The translations under genes and the position numbers were made by a program. The notes under the pieces are model-generated. The model did not search any database, had not been told where the DNA came from, and saw only the letters and a list, made by a program, of their open reading frames with translations. 64,000 nucleotides of DNA from an uncultured delta proteobacterium (GTDB taxonomy: Bacteria; Myxococcota_A; Polyangia; Polyangiales; Polyangiaceae). The DNA lies in NCBI GenBank assembly GCA_963841435.1, contig CAWJCS010000002.1:384001-448000 (forward strand). The letters run 5' to 3'. Shown one piece after another: positions 10,201 to 20,683 of this stretch (within the stretch, counting starts at the first letter, position 1; each line of letters starts with the position of its first letter).

Positions 10201-13200
10201 GCCCGTCAGATTGCCGCTCGGGTCGCGGTCGACCAGCGTGACCTGGCCGTTCTTGTCCTTGAGCGTCTCGAGGTGACCTTGCTCGTCGTAGCCGAGCTCG
10301 AGCTCGGTGACGCCGGTCACGGCATCGATGGTCGCCTCGTGCCGCCCGCGCTCGTCGAAGCGGAACAGTGTGGTGCCGTCGGTCGAGGGGACCAGCGACT
10401 GATCCGCTGACAGATCGGGCAAGCCGGGCGCGACCTTGAAGACGCTTTCACGCGTGGCCACGAACAGCGCGCCGTCGCGCCCCACGGCGATGCCGTCCGG
10501 CTCGGTGATGCGCACCTTCTCGGCGAGCTGCCCTTCCTCGAGGCTGGCGTCGCCTCCACCCATGACGGTCTGGATCAAGCCCTCGGTCGTGACCCGGCGG
10601 ATGCGATCGTTCCATTGATCGGCGATGTAGAGCGAGCCGTCTTCCGACAGAGCGAGGCCGCGCGGGCCGTTGAGCTCGGCGTTCTGGGCGCTGCCTCCGT
10701 CACCGGAGAAGCCGGGCGTGCCGGTGCCGGCGACCGTCAGGATGATGCCGCCTGGCGTCACCTTGCGGACGCGGTGGCCGCCTTCCTCTCCGTCGACGCC
10801 GCGCTCGGAGATGTACACCGTGCCGTCGGGGGCCGCGACGACAGCGCTCGGCTCGACGAGCGTCGCCTCGCGCGCCGGCAAACCGTCCCCGCCTTCACCG
10901 CCACCTGCGAACACTTCGAGCACGCCGCCCTCGAAGCGAAACACGCGATCGATGTCGACGATGTAAAGCTCCTCCCGCGGCCCGAGGGCGAGCCCGTCTA
11001 CCTTCGCGAGGTCCGCCACGGCCACCGGATTGTCCGAGGCGGGACCGACGAGCGTGCTGACGGCTCCGCCCGGTGCGATGGCGCGCACGGCCTTCTTGCC
11101 GAAATCCGACACGATGATGGTGCCGTCGTCCTTGACCACGACCCCCTGGGGCGAGCCGAGCACGAGGTCGCCCGCCTCGCCGCTCGCTCCGGCGCCGGCC
11201 ACGACCGTCGTCACTCCCTCGGGGTCGATGCGCAAAATCCTGCCCTGCGGGTCGAGTGAGTCCTCTTGGTCGTCAGTGACGATCAGGCTGCCGTCGGGCG
11301 CGACGCCGATTCCGTCCGGCGTGCCGAGGTCTTCTTGATTGCTCGGGCGCGTGACGACGAGGGCCACGTTCTGCGCGGTGCGAAGGTCGCCCGTGCCGAA
11401 GAAGATGGTCTGGCTCGCCGGATCGTAGGCGTGCAAAACGTCGAGACCGAAGCCGCCGAGCGCGTAGCCCTTCGCATCCCAGACGCCGATGGGTACTTCC
11501 TGCACCTGGGACAGCACGGCGTCGCCGATCGGCGTCGTCTCCTCTGTGGTCCCGGGAATGCCGAAGCCTTCGCCCGCCGCGACTTCGCCGTCGAAGACGA
11601 AGCCGGTGACGACGCGCGCGATCTGCGGCCCCTGAACGAGCCGCCCGAAGCCGTCCTTGCCGTCCCACGACACGACCCGTTTCAGGTTCGGCTCGGGCGC
11701 GAGGGTCTCCTCGAGCGTCTGACCCGCGACCTCGACGACGGAGATCACCTGCTTTAGCCCCGCGGGAACGTCGTCCGAAAGCAACGGTAGCTCGAGCTGG
11801 AAACCGGGCCCGTAGCTCGTGGTGCGGTCGGATTGATAGTGAAGGGAATAGGGTGTCCCGGCGATCGGCACCGCTTGCGACAGCGCTTGCGGCTCGACCA
11901 CGGCGGCGCCGCGACGGGTCGGTTCGTCGAGGACGCGCGTCGCGATGCCCTGGACGTTCGGGGCGATCGCATCCGGGGGCGCCTCGACCGGGAACAGCAT
12001 GTCCCACGAGGAGAAGTGGTTGACGCGCGAGCGCCAGAGCGTCGCGCCCTTCTGGTAGCGGGCGCCGAGCGCGGCGCGTTCGTCTTCGGTCACGCCGGCG
12101 TCGAGCGCGGCGCTCGCAGCGTCCTCGGCGCCGTCGCCGTCGAGATCGAGGACGGCCTTGCCGTTGACGATGTCCAGGACCTCGATGACGCGGCCCGTGT
12201 TGCCGTGCTGCCACTGGCTCTGCTTCTTTTCGTAGTAGCCGAGCGGGACGGAAGAGCCGACGGGTAGGTCGAGGAAGTTCTCGACGTAGACGCTGACCGG
12301 GGTGGAAAGCGCGACGCTCGTGGCGCCAAGCGCGTCGGCCTCCGCGACATCGATCGAGAGGCCGTAGCTCAGCCCACCGGAGACCGGGAGCGTGCCGGGA
12401 GCGAAGCGGGCGGTCGAGACCCAGTTTTCGGCCGTCGGCGGCTCGAAGGGGTACTCGGTGACGCGCAGCGACGCGGCGTCGAGCTTCTTCTGGTCACCGC
12501 CGGGAAGCCGCGCCGTGAGCGTCGTCCCCGGGCGGAACACGAGAAAGGGCTGGCGGGCCCCGAACGCGTCGTCGATCGGGTCGCCGACGGCGGTCTGGGT
12601 CCCGGTGCTGCCGGAACGCACGGACGAGAGGTGCTCGCTCGCCGCGATCATGCCGACCTCGGGGAGCCGGTCGTAGCGCTGCCAGCCGGGCAGGGCGCTC
12701 CGCTCGACGCTCAGGTAGCCCCCGCGCTCGTAGCGGAACACGAGACGCCCGCCGCCATTCACCGCCAGGTCGAACAGGCCGTCGGGGCGCGATTCGGTGT
12801 AGCCGTACTCGTCGTGTCCCACCACCGAGACGCGCACGCCGGCGAGGGCCTCGCCGGCGCGATCCACGATTTTACCACGCACGATGGCCACGCGGCGCCG
12901 GTCGAACGCCGAGGGTTTCGCATCCTTTTGCAGTGGGTCCGCGCCGGAACAAAGAAACGTGGCTGCGAGGTCCACCGTGGTTGCCACCGAGCGATCGAGC
13001 GCGGGGGCGAGGCCACAAAAAGGCGTGGTCAGCCGGCAGTCGAGATCGTCGCAGTCGGCGCGGCCATCGTGATCATCGTCGGCGCCGTTGTCGCAGGCGG
13101 TTTCCGTAGCGCCAGGCTCGGCGGAAGGACCGGCACCATGGGGCGCCTTTTCGCCGCCGCAAGCGGCGACGAGCAAGAAGAGCAGGCACAGGGAAGCCCG

Positions 13201-13221
13201 AGGGCGAGGGGGGAGCGTCAT
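7221..13221 (-). CDS. Teneurin-like lipoprotein / RHS polymorphic toxin (Cys/Asp motif, carboxypeptidase-regulatory-like domain, FN-plug, NHL propeller, YD shell, RHS core, HExxH tip); +1 frameshift ~9508
   Basis: MTLPPRPRASLCLLFLLVAAC lipobox; ETACDNGADDDHDGRADCDDLDC; VRGKIVDRAGEALAGVRVS...DGLFDLAVNGGG; NHL repeats (TVAGTGTPGFSGDGG); YD repeats; RDYSGALGRWLSKDPIG...YAYCGNDPINHVDADG; AHEAFHVWQ. Joins ORFs 9397..13617 and 7221..9587. Confidence 0.88.
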
Positions 13222-13229
13222 GCCAGCCG

Positions 13230-13256
13230 ATCGGGCGCGCGAAAACGCTCGTTGCA
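13230..13256 (-). promoter_or_regulatory. Putative sigma-28-like promoter (TGCAACG-N14-CCCGAT) for the teneurin-like toxin
   Basis: Minus strand TGCAACG agcgttttcgcgcg CCCGAT, 8 nt before ATG 13221. Confidence 0.7.
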
Positions 13257-13288
13257 ACAAAGTGCGTCGGGCGCGAAAACAATCGAAG

Positions 13289-13315
13289 CGCAACGAGCGG
13301 GGCGCGGCGACCGAA
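13289..13315 (+). promoter_or_regulatory. Putative sigma-28-like promoter (CGCAACG-N14-ACCGAA) for the first Flp pilin
   Basis: CGCAACG 13289-13295, ACCGAA 13310-13315, just upstream of GTG 13324 / ATG 13327. Confidence 0.6.
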
Positions 13316-13326
13316 GGGACCAGGTG

Positions 13327-13509
13327 ATGTCCCGGTGGTCCTTTGGTTCGGGTGGTTTCCACGACGAACGAGGCAGCGTCAGTGTGGAGTACGCGGTGCT
13401 GCTCTGCGTCGTGGCGATTGTTTGCGCCTTCGCCGTCGCCGCTCTCGGTGCCCCGCTCGTCACGGCCTACGAGGGCCGCGTGACCCTGCTGCTGCTGCCT
13501 TTCCCCTGA
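13327..13509 (+). CDS. flp: Flp-type pilin-like protein
   Basis: DERG/SVSVEYAVLL class IVb prepilin cleavage motif followed by a hydrophobic helix; 60 aa. Confidence 0.75.
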   Translation: MSRWSFGSGGFHDERGSVSVEYAVLLCVVAIVCAFAVAALGAPLVTAYEGRVTLLLLPFP

Positions 13510-13533
13510 GCGCTGCAAGCGACCGGAGAATCT

Positions 13534-13560
13534 TGCAACGGCCGAAATGGCCCGACCGAA
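13534..13560 (+). promoter_or_regulatory. Putative sigma-28-like promoter (TGCAACG-N14-ACCGAA) for the second Flp pilin operon
   Basis: TGCAACG 13534-13540, ACCGAA 13555-13560, intergenic. Confidence 0.65.
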
Positions 13561-13625
13561 GGGGAGGGGAAACGGGAGCGGGGCCGCCCGGACGGTCTTG
13601 TCCCGCAAAAGGAGCAATCGAAGCC

Positions 13626-13850
13626 ATGAAACGACTCATCAAGAACATCAAGCGCTTCACCGGAGGCCACGTGGTCGTCGCGGACGAGCGAGGGCTCTCG
13701 ACGGTGGAGTACGTCATCATCCTCGTGCTGCTCGCCGTGATGGCCATCGTGACGTGGCGCAGCTTCGGCGACGCCATCAAGGGTCAGGTCAACAGCGCAA
13801 CGAACGACATCAACGATCTTCGTTCGGGTGATTCCGCTCCGAGTCAGTAG
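13626..13850 (+). CDS. flp: Flp family type IVb pilin (probable major pilin)
   Basis: DERG/LSTVEYVIILVLLAV motif; strong AGGAG RBS. Confidence 0.9.
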   Translation: MKRLIKNIKRFTGGHVVVADERGLSTVEYVIILVLLAVMAIVTWRSFGDAIKGQVNSATNDINDLRSGDSAPSQ

Positions 13851-13873
13851 CTCGAAAGCGGGACGACTTCAGC

Positions 13874-14428
13874 ATGGCCCCTTCCCTGATCGTCGACTCC
13901 GCCTCGCTTCTCGTGGGAGGCGTGGGCGCGGTCTGGGACGCCCGTTCCGGGCGCATCCCCAACCGCCTCACGCTCCCCGCGGGGGCCCTGGCCATCGTGC
14001 TTCACGTGGCGCTCGGCGGACTTTCAGAGGGCGTGGAGAGCATCCTCGGGCTGTTGCTCGCCGGGCTCTTGCCGTTCGTGCTTTCGAAAGCCACCCGTGG
14101 CCGCGCCATCGGTGGCGGCGACGTGAAGCTGTTCGCGGCGCTCGGCGCCCTCGAGGGGCCACTCGTCGGGCTCCAAATAGAGCTCTGTGCCTGCATTTTG
14201 CTCAGCACGTTCGCGCTCTTGCGCCTGGCCTTCGCGGGAAAGCTCCTTCGAGTGCTCGGCAACGCCCTCCGCTTGTTCGCCAACCCGCTCCTGCCGGCGC
14301 GCTTTCGAAAGCCCCTTTCGCCCGAGGCGCTCACCGAGCTTCGCATGGGCCCGGCGATTCTCGGCGCGGTCTTTTACGCGTGCTTCGCCAACCAGCTGGC
14401 ACGGTGGGTGCCGTGGCTCGCACTCTGA
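13874..14428 (+). CDS. cpaA: Prepilin peptidase, A24 family (CpaA/TadV)
   Basis: WDARSGRIPNRL and IGGGDVKLFAALGA catalytic Asp motifs; hydrophobic. Confidence 0.92.
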   Translation: MAPSLIVDSASLLVGGVGAVWDARSGRIPNRLTLPAGALAIVLHVALGGLSEGVESILGLLLAGLLPFVLSKATRGRAIGGGDVKLFAALGALEGPLVGLQIELCACILLSTFALLRLAFAGKLLRVLGNALRLFANPLLPARFRKPLSPEALTELRMGPAILGAVFYACFANQLARWVPWLAL

Positions 14429-14442
14429 GCTCCGGGGTCGCG

Positions 14443-15358
14443 GTGCGCTACGGCGCACGCTCGGTGGCGGCCACGGGTCGCGACGAGCGTGGCGTCGTGT
14501 ACCTCGAGTTCTTGCTCGCGTTCATGCCGGTGTTCGTGCTGTTCCTCGCCGTGTGCCAGCTCTCGCTGCTCTACACGGGAGCGCTCGTGGTCCGGCATGC
14601 TGCCTACGCGGCCGCGCGCTCCGCCATCGTCGTGCTCGAGGACGACCCGGCGCGCTACGAACAGGTGCCGCGCGGCATGCTCACGACCGAGCCCCCCGCG
14701 CCCGGCACCGGGCCGGCGTCGCTACTCGCCACCCTGGGCCTTGCCACGGGCGCGAACCCGGCGGCGCTCGCGCAGCAGGCCATCTCGTCGGTCGAACAAG
14801 CCGCGGCGGGGAGCTCGAACGACCACGATTTTCCGCCTCAGCAGGGCGCCCGCATGGTGACGATCCGCACGGCCGCCTACCTCTCGCTCATCACCCTCGC
14901 GCCCAAGGCCCCGCCCGCGGGCTCCCGCAACGATACGCTGAGAGCCAGCATCTCGCAGGATTTCTTCGCGGATCTCGGCCTCGGCCCTCGCGTACACGGA
15001 CGCCGCGGCCGTCGTCACGCTGCACGTCGGCGGCACCGAGGCGCTGGCGGCGGAGCCCATCCCGCTCGACGCCCCCGTCACCGCGAGAGTCACGTACCTC
15101 TACACCTGCAAGGTTCCCATCGTTCGCGCGCTCATCTGCCGCACGCTCGCCTCCCTTTTGCCCGCGGGTGACGAAGGGCAGCCTGGAAATGGTGACGAGC
15201 CCACGCCGGCGCAGGCGCTCGCCGACCGCCTTCGCCTCGCGGAGCGTCCAAGCTGGCTCACGATCGTGATGGAGCCCGGCGCGCGCGTCAGCGTGATCGA
15301 CGCTGCGGTGACGCTGCCGAACCAGGGCGCTCACTACGAGCACACGGAGGGCGGATGA
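14443..15358 (+). CDS. TadE-like pseudopilin; +1 frameshift ~14984
   Basis: DERG/VVYLEFLLAFMPVF...HAAYAAARSAIV; continues in the frame of ORF 15158..15358 (VTARVTYLYTCKVPIV...VTLPNQGA). Confidence 0.8.
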
Positions 15359-17172
15359 CCCGCCACGAAACCCGGCTCGACGAGCGCGGCGCGATGGCGC
15401 TGGTCACGGTCTTCTTCGCCGTCTTCGCCGTGGGCATGCTGTACGCGTTCGTGGGCAGCGTCGAAGCGGTGTTGTTTCGCGAGCGCATGCAGGATGCCGT
15501 CGACTCTGCGGCGCTCTCGGGCGCCGTGATGCACGCGCGGAGCATGAACTTCATCGTGCTCGTCAACATGGTGATGGCCGCGCTGCTCGCGATCCTCATC
15601 GCCATCAAGCTCGCCGAGACGCTGGCCATCATCGGGATGATCATCGCCGCGGTGCTCGCCTGGCCGACGTTCGGCGCGAGCCTCGCCGCCATCCCCGTGC
15701 TCAAGCCCGTGCAGGAAGCGTTGCACGACGCGTACGACTCGCTAAAGGGGCCCGTCGACACCGCGCTCGAGGGCCTGCACACGCTCTCGAGCGCCGTCCA
15801 GGCGGGCGCCGTCGTCGCTGCCGAGCTCCAGGCGCAAAGTGATCTCGAGAAGCACTGGAAGCCTCCCGTGAAATTCGGCGCGGTGATCGGGCGCGTCGAG
15901 CTCACGCTGCCGCTCGAGGACGACTCCTTCGGCGTGCTGTGCGAGCACGGCGGCGAAACGGCCGCGGAGCTCGCACTGTTGCCGCTCGATCCGGTGTTCG
16001 ATGCCGTCCCACCGTTCGCCAAGGCGAAAGGCGCGCTGGTGTCCGCCACCGGGGAGATGACCGGCGCCATGCAGAGCTGGTTCTGCGGGGGAAGCAACGA
16101 CCACGCCCCCACGTTCGAGCGCACGGTCGAGCGCGCCTATCCGCGCTTCGCGGCGAACGACCTTTGCGAGGACACGAACGCGCCGCCCGAGGAGTCGGCA
16201 GACGCCTGCAGCGAGGCCAGCCGGTTCGACGAGGACTCGACGCCCGACAAGGACACGGGAAAGTGTCGAGCTGGGACGAATTGCTCGATCGGCGGGCCGT
16301 ACGAGCAGCGCGTCGCCGCGGCTCGCGTCCAGTGCGACCCGCAAACGCAGCCCACGCCGTTCTTCTACTGGTATCAGCTCCGACAGGGTCACGTTCGCTA
16401 CCTCTGGAACGTCAACCACTGGGAGCGGCAGGAGCCGACCTACGACCCTCCCACCGTCTACCCGCCCGATCTCGAGCATGCGCCGTCGACGACGCGCCCT
16501 CCCTGCGGCCCGCCCCGCACCAACCGCGTTTACGCCGACGGCTACAACGTGACCGTTCGTCGCGCCAGCGACGTGAACGAGGTGCTGCCGGTGTGCAGCA
16601 CCGAGCAGCCGCCGCTCGCTGCTCCGTTGATCACCCGAGGAACCGACCCGGACGAGCCCATCTATTCGGCGCCGATCACCTTCACGGAGGTCACGCACAT
16701 CCTGGGCTGCAAGAAGAACGTGCAGGTGTCGCTCGGCGGCGGGGACGACACGCCGCCCCAGAGCGACGGCGACTCGCGCTCACCCAAGCGCGTGCTCGCC
16801 GGGGTCGATCTCGGGGCGGAGGATTTCCAAATCCGCGGCTTCGTGGTCGGCGATTTCGACGCGGGCAGCGCGTCACGGCTGGTCCGACTGTCGCTCTTCG
16901 GGCGACGTGCACCGGAACAGCCGCTCGGTGAGCTCAGAGCGCTCGGCAACGTCGCGGTGGCTCAGACCGAATACTTCTACGACGGCGCGGAGGGTCGTGA
17001 CGCTTGGATGTGGAACATGAAATGGCGCGCGCGTCTCAAGCGCTTCAAGGTGCCCGAGTCGGGCGCGCTCGACGGGTTGACGGGCGCCTGCGGCGCGGGA
17101 GAAGGGGGCGAGACGGGCTGCGGCGCGCTCGGCGACGTGCTCGGGCGGCTGGGCGATCTGATCGCGCATTGA
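15355..17172 (+). CDS. TadG-like minor pilin/adhesin with Cys-rich extracellular region
   Basis: DERG/AMALVTVF...MQDAVDSAALSGA Tad N-terminal motif; start overlaps the upstream stop (ATGA). Confidence 0.8.
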   Translation: MTRHETRLDERGAMALVTVFFAVFAVGMLYAFVGSVEAVLFRERMQDAVDSAALSGAVMHARSMNFIVLVNMVMAALLAILIAIKLAETLAIIGMIIAAVLAWPTFGASLAAIPVLKPVQEALHDAYDSLKGPVDTALEGLHTLSSAVQAGAVVAAELQAQSDLEKHWKPPVKFGAVIGRVELTLPLEDDSFGVLCEHGGETAAELALLPLDPVFDAVPPFAKAKGALVSATGEMTGAMQSWFCGGSNDHAPTFERTVERAYPRFAANDLCEDTNAPPEESADACSEASRFDEDSTPDKDTGKCRAGTNCSIGGPYEQRVAAARVQCDPQTQPTPFFYWYQLRQGHVRYLWNVNHWERQEPTYDPPTVYPPDLEHAPSTTRPPCGPPRTNRVYADGYNVTVRRASDVNEVLPVCSTEQPPLAAPLITRGTDPDEPIYSAPITFTEVTHILGCKKNVQVSLGGGDDTPPQSDGDSRSPKRVLAGVDLGAEDFQIRGFVVGDFDAGSASRLVRLSLFGRRAPEQPLGELRALGNVAVAQTEYFYDGAEGRDAWMWNMKWRARLKRFKVPESGALDGLTGACGAGEGGETGCGALGDVLGRLGDLIAH

Positions 17173-17182
17173 CGAGGCGACC

Positions 17183-17683
17183 ATGACGAGACCTGAACGG
17201 GGACGAGCACCAAGGCACGGCGCGAGCGCAGGGCGCGGCGTGGCAACCGCCGAGGCCGTCGTCGCCTTGCCCGTCCTCGTGCTGCTCTTCGTCGCGCTCT
17301 TCTATTTTCGCGATCTGTCGGCCGCGCGGCACGAGGCCGCCATGCAGGCGCGGAGCTGCGCCTGGCTGTACTCCGCCGGCAACTGCCGCACGGTGCCGCC
17401 CGGCTGCGAGCTCGAAACGGAGCCGGCCGTCGACGATCCGCCGATCCCCTTACCCGACGCGGGCCCCGTGTCCGGCATCATCGACGGCCTGTTGAAGAAG
17501 GCGCTGCGCAGCATCTTCGGCGACGCGGCGGTCGCGACGGCCCATCGCGACGTTCGCCGTCCCGCGCCGCTCGGTAAAAGCAGCGTGCGCGTCTCGTCCG
17601 AGTATCATCTCCCCTGCAACCTCGCGCCGAGCCGGCCCCTCGACGTCGCCAAGGATGCCTGGAGGATCTGGTGGGGGCCATGA
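17183..17683 (+). CDS. TadE-like pseudopilin
   Basis: GRG/VATAEAVVALPVLVLLF...AAMQARSCAW. Confidence 0.8.
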   Translation: MTRPERGRAPRHGASAGRGVATAEAVVALPVLVLLFVALFYFRDLSAARHEAAMQARSCAWLYSAGNCRTVPPGCELETEPAVDDPPIPLPDAGPVSGIIDGLLKKALRSIFGDAAVATAHRDVRRPAPLGKSSVRVSSEYHLPCNLAPSRPLDVAKDAWRIWWGP

Positions 17684-18630
17684 CGCGCCTCGCTCGCCCG
17701 AGCCGGCCCTCGCTCACCGTCATCGAGCCGACCTTCGAACGGAAGGCGCGTCGCGCGATCTCGACGGCCATTGGCGCCCTTCGCGTCGCGCTGACGCTCG
17801 CCGCCCTGCTCGCTCTCGCCTCCCTCCGTTCGGCGCACGCCGCCGAAGAAGAGGTCGGCGCCCGTCTCTCGCGGTTTGGGGAAGCGCTCAGCGAGCTCGA
17901 AGGGCTTCATCCGCACTCGGCGCCACGCCGACTCGTCATGAACGGCATGGAGCTCGGCGTCCTCGGCATGTCCACGGAGCTCGAGCTCGACGAAGCGCTC
18001 GAGCGGCTCGAATCGACTTGCGGGCGAGGCGGGCTCGACGTACCCGGGGCGCTACTGCACGAGCCGGGAAATGCCCCGGGCGGGGGCGCGCTCGGGCGGC
18101 TTTCTCGCGGCGTGCTCAGGCAACGGAGCGGCGACCGCGGCGTGCTCGCCTGCCTGGACACCGGGGAGCGCCTCGCTCGGACCACGCTCGCCGAGCGGCT
18201 CGGTCGCCTGGCGAAGACCGGCGATCTTGGCGCCGTGGGGGCACTCCGGTTCGCTTTCCTCAGTCGCACGGGCCGAACGACGACCGTGCTTTTCATCTGG
18301 AGCACCGGCAGCCTGCCGATCCTTGCGGCGTTTCCGAAGACGGGTGATGCGCCGGGCCGCGATCTCGACGGCATCCCGCGGCCCGAGGGGTCGCGCCGTC
18401 TGCTCTCCGCCGCCGAAGCGGGCTCGCCGTACGCGCTCGGCTTGTACGAAGACGCAGCCGCCTCGCCCAATCCGCTCGCCACGTACGCCGCCCTGCTCGG
18501 CGCGCGCGGCTTCACCGTGACGCGGGTCTCCGGCGAACGATTGTGGGCCCGCCTGGGCACCCGGGAGCTCGTCGTCAGGGTGACCAGGCACGGCTCGAAA
18601 GCGCTCTATTCACTGGCCCTGCTCGGCTGA
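17680..18630 (+). CDS. Tad-locus-associated membrane-anchored hypothetical protein
   Basis: ATGA overlap with the upstream gene; single N-terminal hydrophobic helix; in operon. Confidence 0.7.
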   Translation: MTRLARPSRPSLTVIEPTFERKARRAISTAIGALRVALTLAALLALASLRSAHAAEEEVGARLSRFGEALSELEGLHPHSAPRRLVMNGMELGVLGMSTELELDEALERLESTCGRGGLDVPGALLHEPGNAPGGGALGRLSRGVLRQRSGDRGVLACLDTGERLARTTLAERLGRLAKTGDLGAVGALRFAFLSRTGRTTTVLFIWSTGSLPILAAFPKTGDAPGRDLDGIPRPEGSRRLLSAAEAGSPYALGLYEDAAASPNPLATYAALLGARGFTVTRVSGERLWARLGTRELVVRVTRHGSKALYSLALLG

Positions 18631-18653
18631 CTGGGCGCCCGCGAGAGCTTTCC

Positions 18654-18680
18654 TGCAACGACCGAGGGCCTGCTGCCGAT
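18654..18680 (+). promoter_or_regulatory. Putative sigma-28-like promoter (TGCAACG-N14-GCCGAT) for the cpaB operon
   Basis: TGCAACG 18654-18660, GCCGAT 18675-18680, in the gap before cpaB. Confidence 0.7.
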
Positions 18681-18725
18681 GAGGGGGTGAGGGCGCCCGG
18701 CAGCGAGCGGCGCTCCGCGAGGACC

Positions 18726-19484
18726 ATGAAAAAGTCTCCCCTCCTCATCGCTCTGGCTTTTGCGGTCGCCGCGGGCGCCGTGGGCCATCTGTACCTGGCC
18801 CGGCTCGAAGCGGAGGTTTCGGGCGGTCCCAAAGTGTCGCTCCTGGTCGCGGCGGAGGAAGTTCCGCTCGGCTCCACCCTCTCGGAGAAAGCGCTCGCGG
18901 TGCGTGACGTGCCGGAGGCGTACGTGGATGCCCGCCAGATCCACGCGAGCGACTCGAAGAAGATCCTCGGCGCCCGGGTTTCGACGGCGCTCGGCGCCAA
19001 CGACGCGATCCTCTGGAGCGACGTTGCGGGGGCAAGCACCACACGAGCGCTCTCGACGCTCGTCGAGCGCGGAATGCGTGCCGTAGCGATCGAAGCTCGC
19101 GCCGGCAGCTTCGACGGCCTGCTCAGACCGGGCGACCGCGTCAACGTGCTGTTCACGGCGAGCTCCGGGAGCGAGCCGGGCGCGACCTCCACGCTGTTGC
19201 AGAACCTGCTCGTTTTGTCGGTGGGCGGCAGCGTCGCCAAGACCAGCGAGGGCGGGGCTCGCGCTCCAGGCGCTCAGCGCGGGGGCTCCGTGACGCTCTC
19301 GGCCAGCGTCACCGACGCGCAGCTCATCACGCAGGCCAGGGAGCACGGCCGGTTGTCGCTCACGCTGCGTAACGCCGACGACATCGCGCTTGCGACGGGG
19401 GTCGCGGAGACGACGGCGCAGGATCTCCGGCAGGCGACGGTCGGCGGTGGCGTGGAGCAACGTGCAAAAGGAGGCCGTCCGTGA
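18726..19484 (+). CDS. cpaB: Flp pilus assembly protein CpaB/RcpC
   Basis: TM, SAF-like domain, GMRAVAI...GLLRPGDRVNVL...LLQNLLVLSVG...LSLTLRN. Confidence 0.92.
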   Translation: MKKSPLLIALAFAVAAGAVGHLYLARLEAEVSGGPKVSLLVAAEEVPLGSTLSEKALAVRDVPEAYVDARQIHASDSKKILGARVSTALGANDAILWSDVAGASTTRALSTLVERGMRAVAIEARAGSFDGLLRPGDRVNVLFTASSGSEPGATSTLLQNLLVLSVGGSVAKTSEGGARAPGAQRGGSVTLSASVTDAQLITQAREHGRLSLTLRNADDIALATGVAETTAQDLRQATVGGGVEQRAKGGRP

Positions 19485-20683
19485 GGGGGCGCTTCCCACC
19501 GAGCTCGGGGCGAGCGTCCCGCCTCGCGTCGCTGGCGCTCGCGCTTTCCTGTTCGGTCTCGAGCGCGGCGCTGGCGCAAGGTCCGACCCCGCCGAAGCCG
19601 GCGGCGAGCGATGCCGCGGCTGCGCCTTTCGACATCATCGAGCTGTCCGTCGGCGAGCAGACCACGATGCCGACACAGAACGTGAAGAGCTTCTCCGAGG
19701 GAGTCCGCGGGATCATCGACGTGCGCATGACGAAGGACGCCAACGAGTTCGTGATCGTCGCGCTCGCCCCCGGCACGACGACCCTCCTGCTCCTCATGAT
19801 GGACGGGGCGGAGCGCTACTACCGGATCGAAGTCACCGACCCGAACGGACCGAAGAAGAAGGCGAAAGCCCAGGGGAGCGTCGAGGCGCGCGACAACATC
19901 CGACTCGATTTCTACTTCGTGCAGCTACAAAAAAGCTACGGCCACCAGCTCGGCTTCGGCTGGCCCTCCTCCGTCGCACCGACGTTCTCCGCTTCCTACG
20001 ATCTGAAAGAGAACGTGCTCTCGAGCGCTACGGCGGTGATCTCCGACCAGGCGCTGCCCCGCCTCGACATCGGCCAGACCTCGGGCTGGGCCAAGGTGAT
20101 GCGCCAAGCGGCCGTGGTGACGGCCAACGGCGAGAAGGCGACGTTCACGACCGGCGGAGAGGTCAACGTCCCGATCCAGACCGCGCTCACCTCGGGAGTC
20201 GAAAAGATCTCTTTCGGCTCCGCGATCGGGGTCGAGCCGGCCTACGACGCGAGCACGGGGCGTGTCGAGCTTCGACTTCACGCGGACATCTCCGAGCTCG
20301 ACAACGACCACGGCACGGGCATCCCGGGCCGTGTGACCTCGGGGCTCGACACCGTCGTCAACCTCGAGCTGGGCCAGTCGTTGATCCTCGGTGGCCTGAG
20401 CGCACGCAGCGAGCGTCACTCCAAGACGGGGCTGCCCGGGCTCTCGCAGATTCCACTGCTCGGCGTGTTCTTCGGCACCAACAGCAGCGCCGAGGAGTCG
20501 GTCGAAAACGTCGTGGTGATCGTCCCCTCCGTCGTCGATTCGGTCTCGATGCAGTCGAAGGCTCGCCTCGACGAGGCTCTCGCGGCATTCCAGGATTTTT
20601 CGGGCGACATCGACGCCGTGCACCTCGTTCCTCGCGCGCCGCGCACCGCGCCGGCTACGCCGGCTGCGCCGAGGCGACCATGA
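19481..20683 (+). CDS. cpaC: Tad secretin CpaC/RcpA
   Basis: Signal peptide; NGEKATFTTGGEVNVP, VVNLELGQSLILGGL, LPGLSQIPLLGVFF secretin motifs. Confidence 0.9.
   Translation: MRGRFPPSSGRASRLASLALALSCSVSSAALAQGPTPPKPAASDAAAAPFDIIELSVGEQTTMPTQNVKSFSEGVRGIIDVRMTKDANEFVIVALAPGTTTLLLLMMDGAERYYRIEVTDPNGPKKKAKAQGSVEARDNIRLDFYFVQLQKSYGHQLGFGWPSSVAPTFSASYDLKENVLSSATAVISDQALPRLDIGQTSGWAKVMRQAAVVTANGEKATFTTGGEVNVPIQTALTSGVEKISFGSAIGVEPAYDASTGRVELRLHADISELDNDHGTGIPGRVTSGLDTVVNLELGQSLILGGLSARSERHSKTGLPGLSQIPLLGVFFGTNSSAEESVENVVVIVPSVVDSVSMQSKARLDEALAAFQDFSGDIDAVHLVPRAPRTAPATPAAPRRP

Noticed and set aside
13222-13617. N-terminal extension of the 1406-aa ORF up to 13617
   Set aside because: Overlaps the Flp gene on the other strand; the lipoprotein signal and promoter motif point to ATG 13221
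19390-20679. 976-aa ORF as one giant ATPase
   Set aside because: The first ~430 aa are an off-frame read of the secretin gene; the real start is ATG 20680
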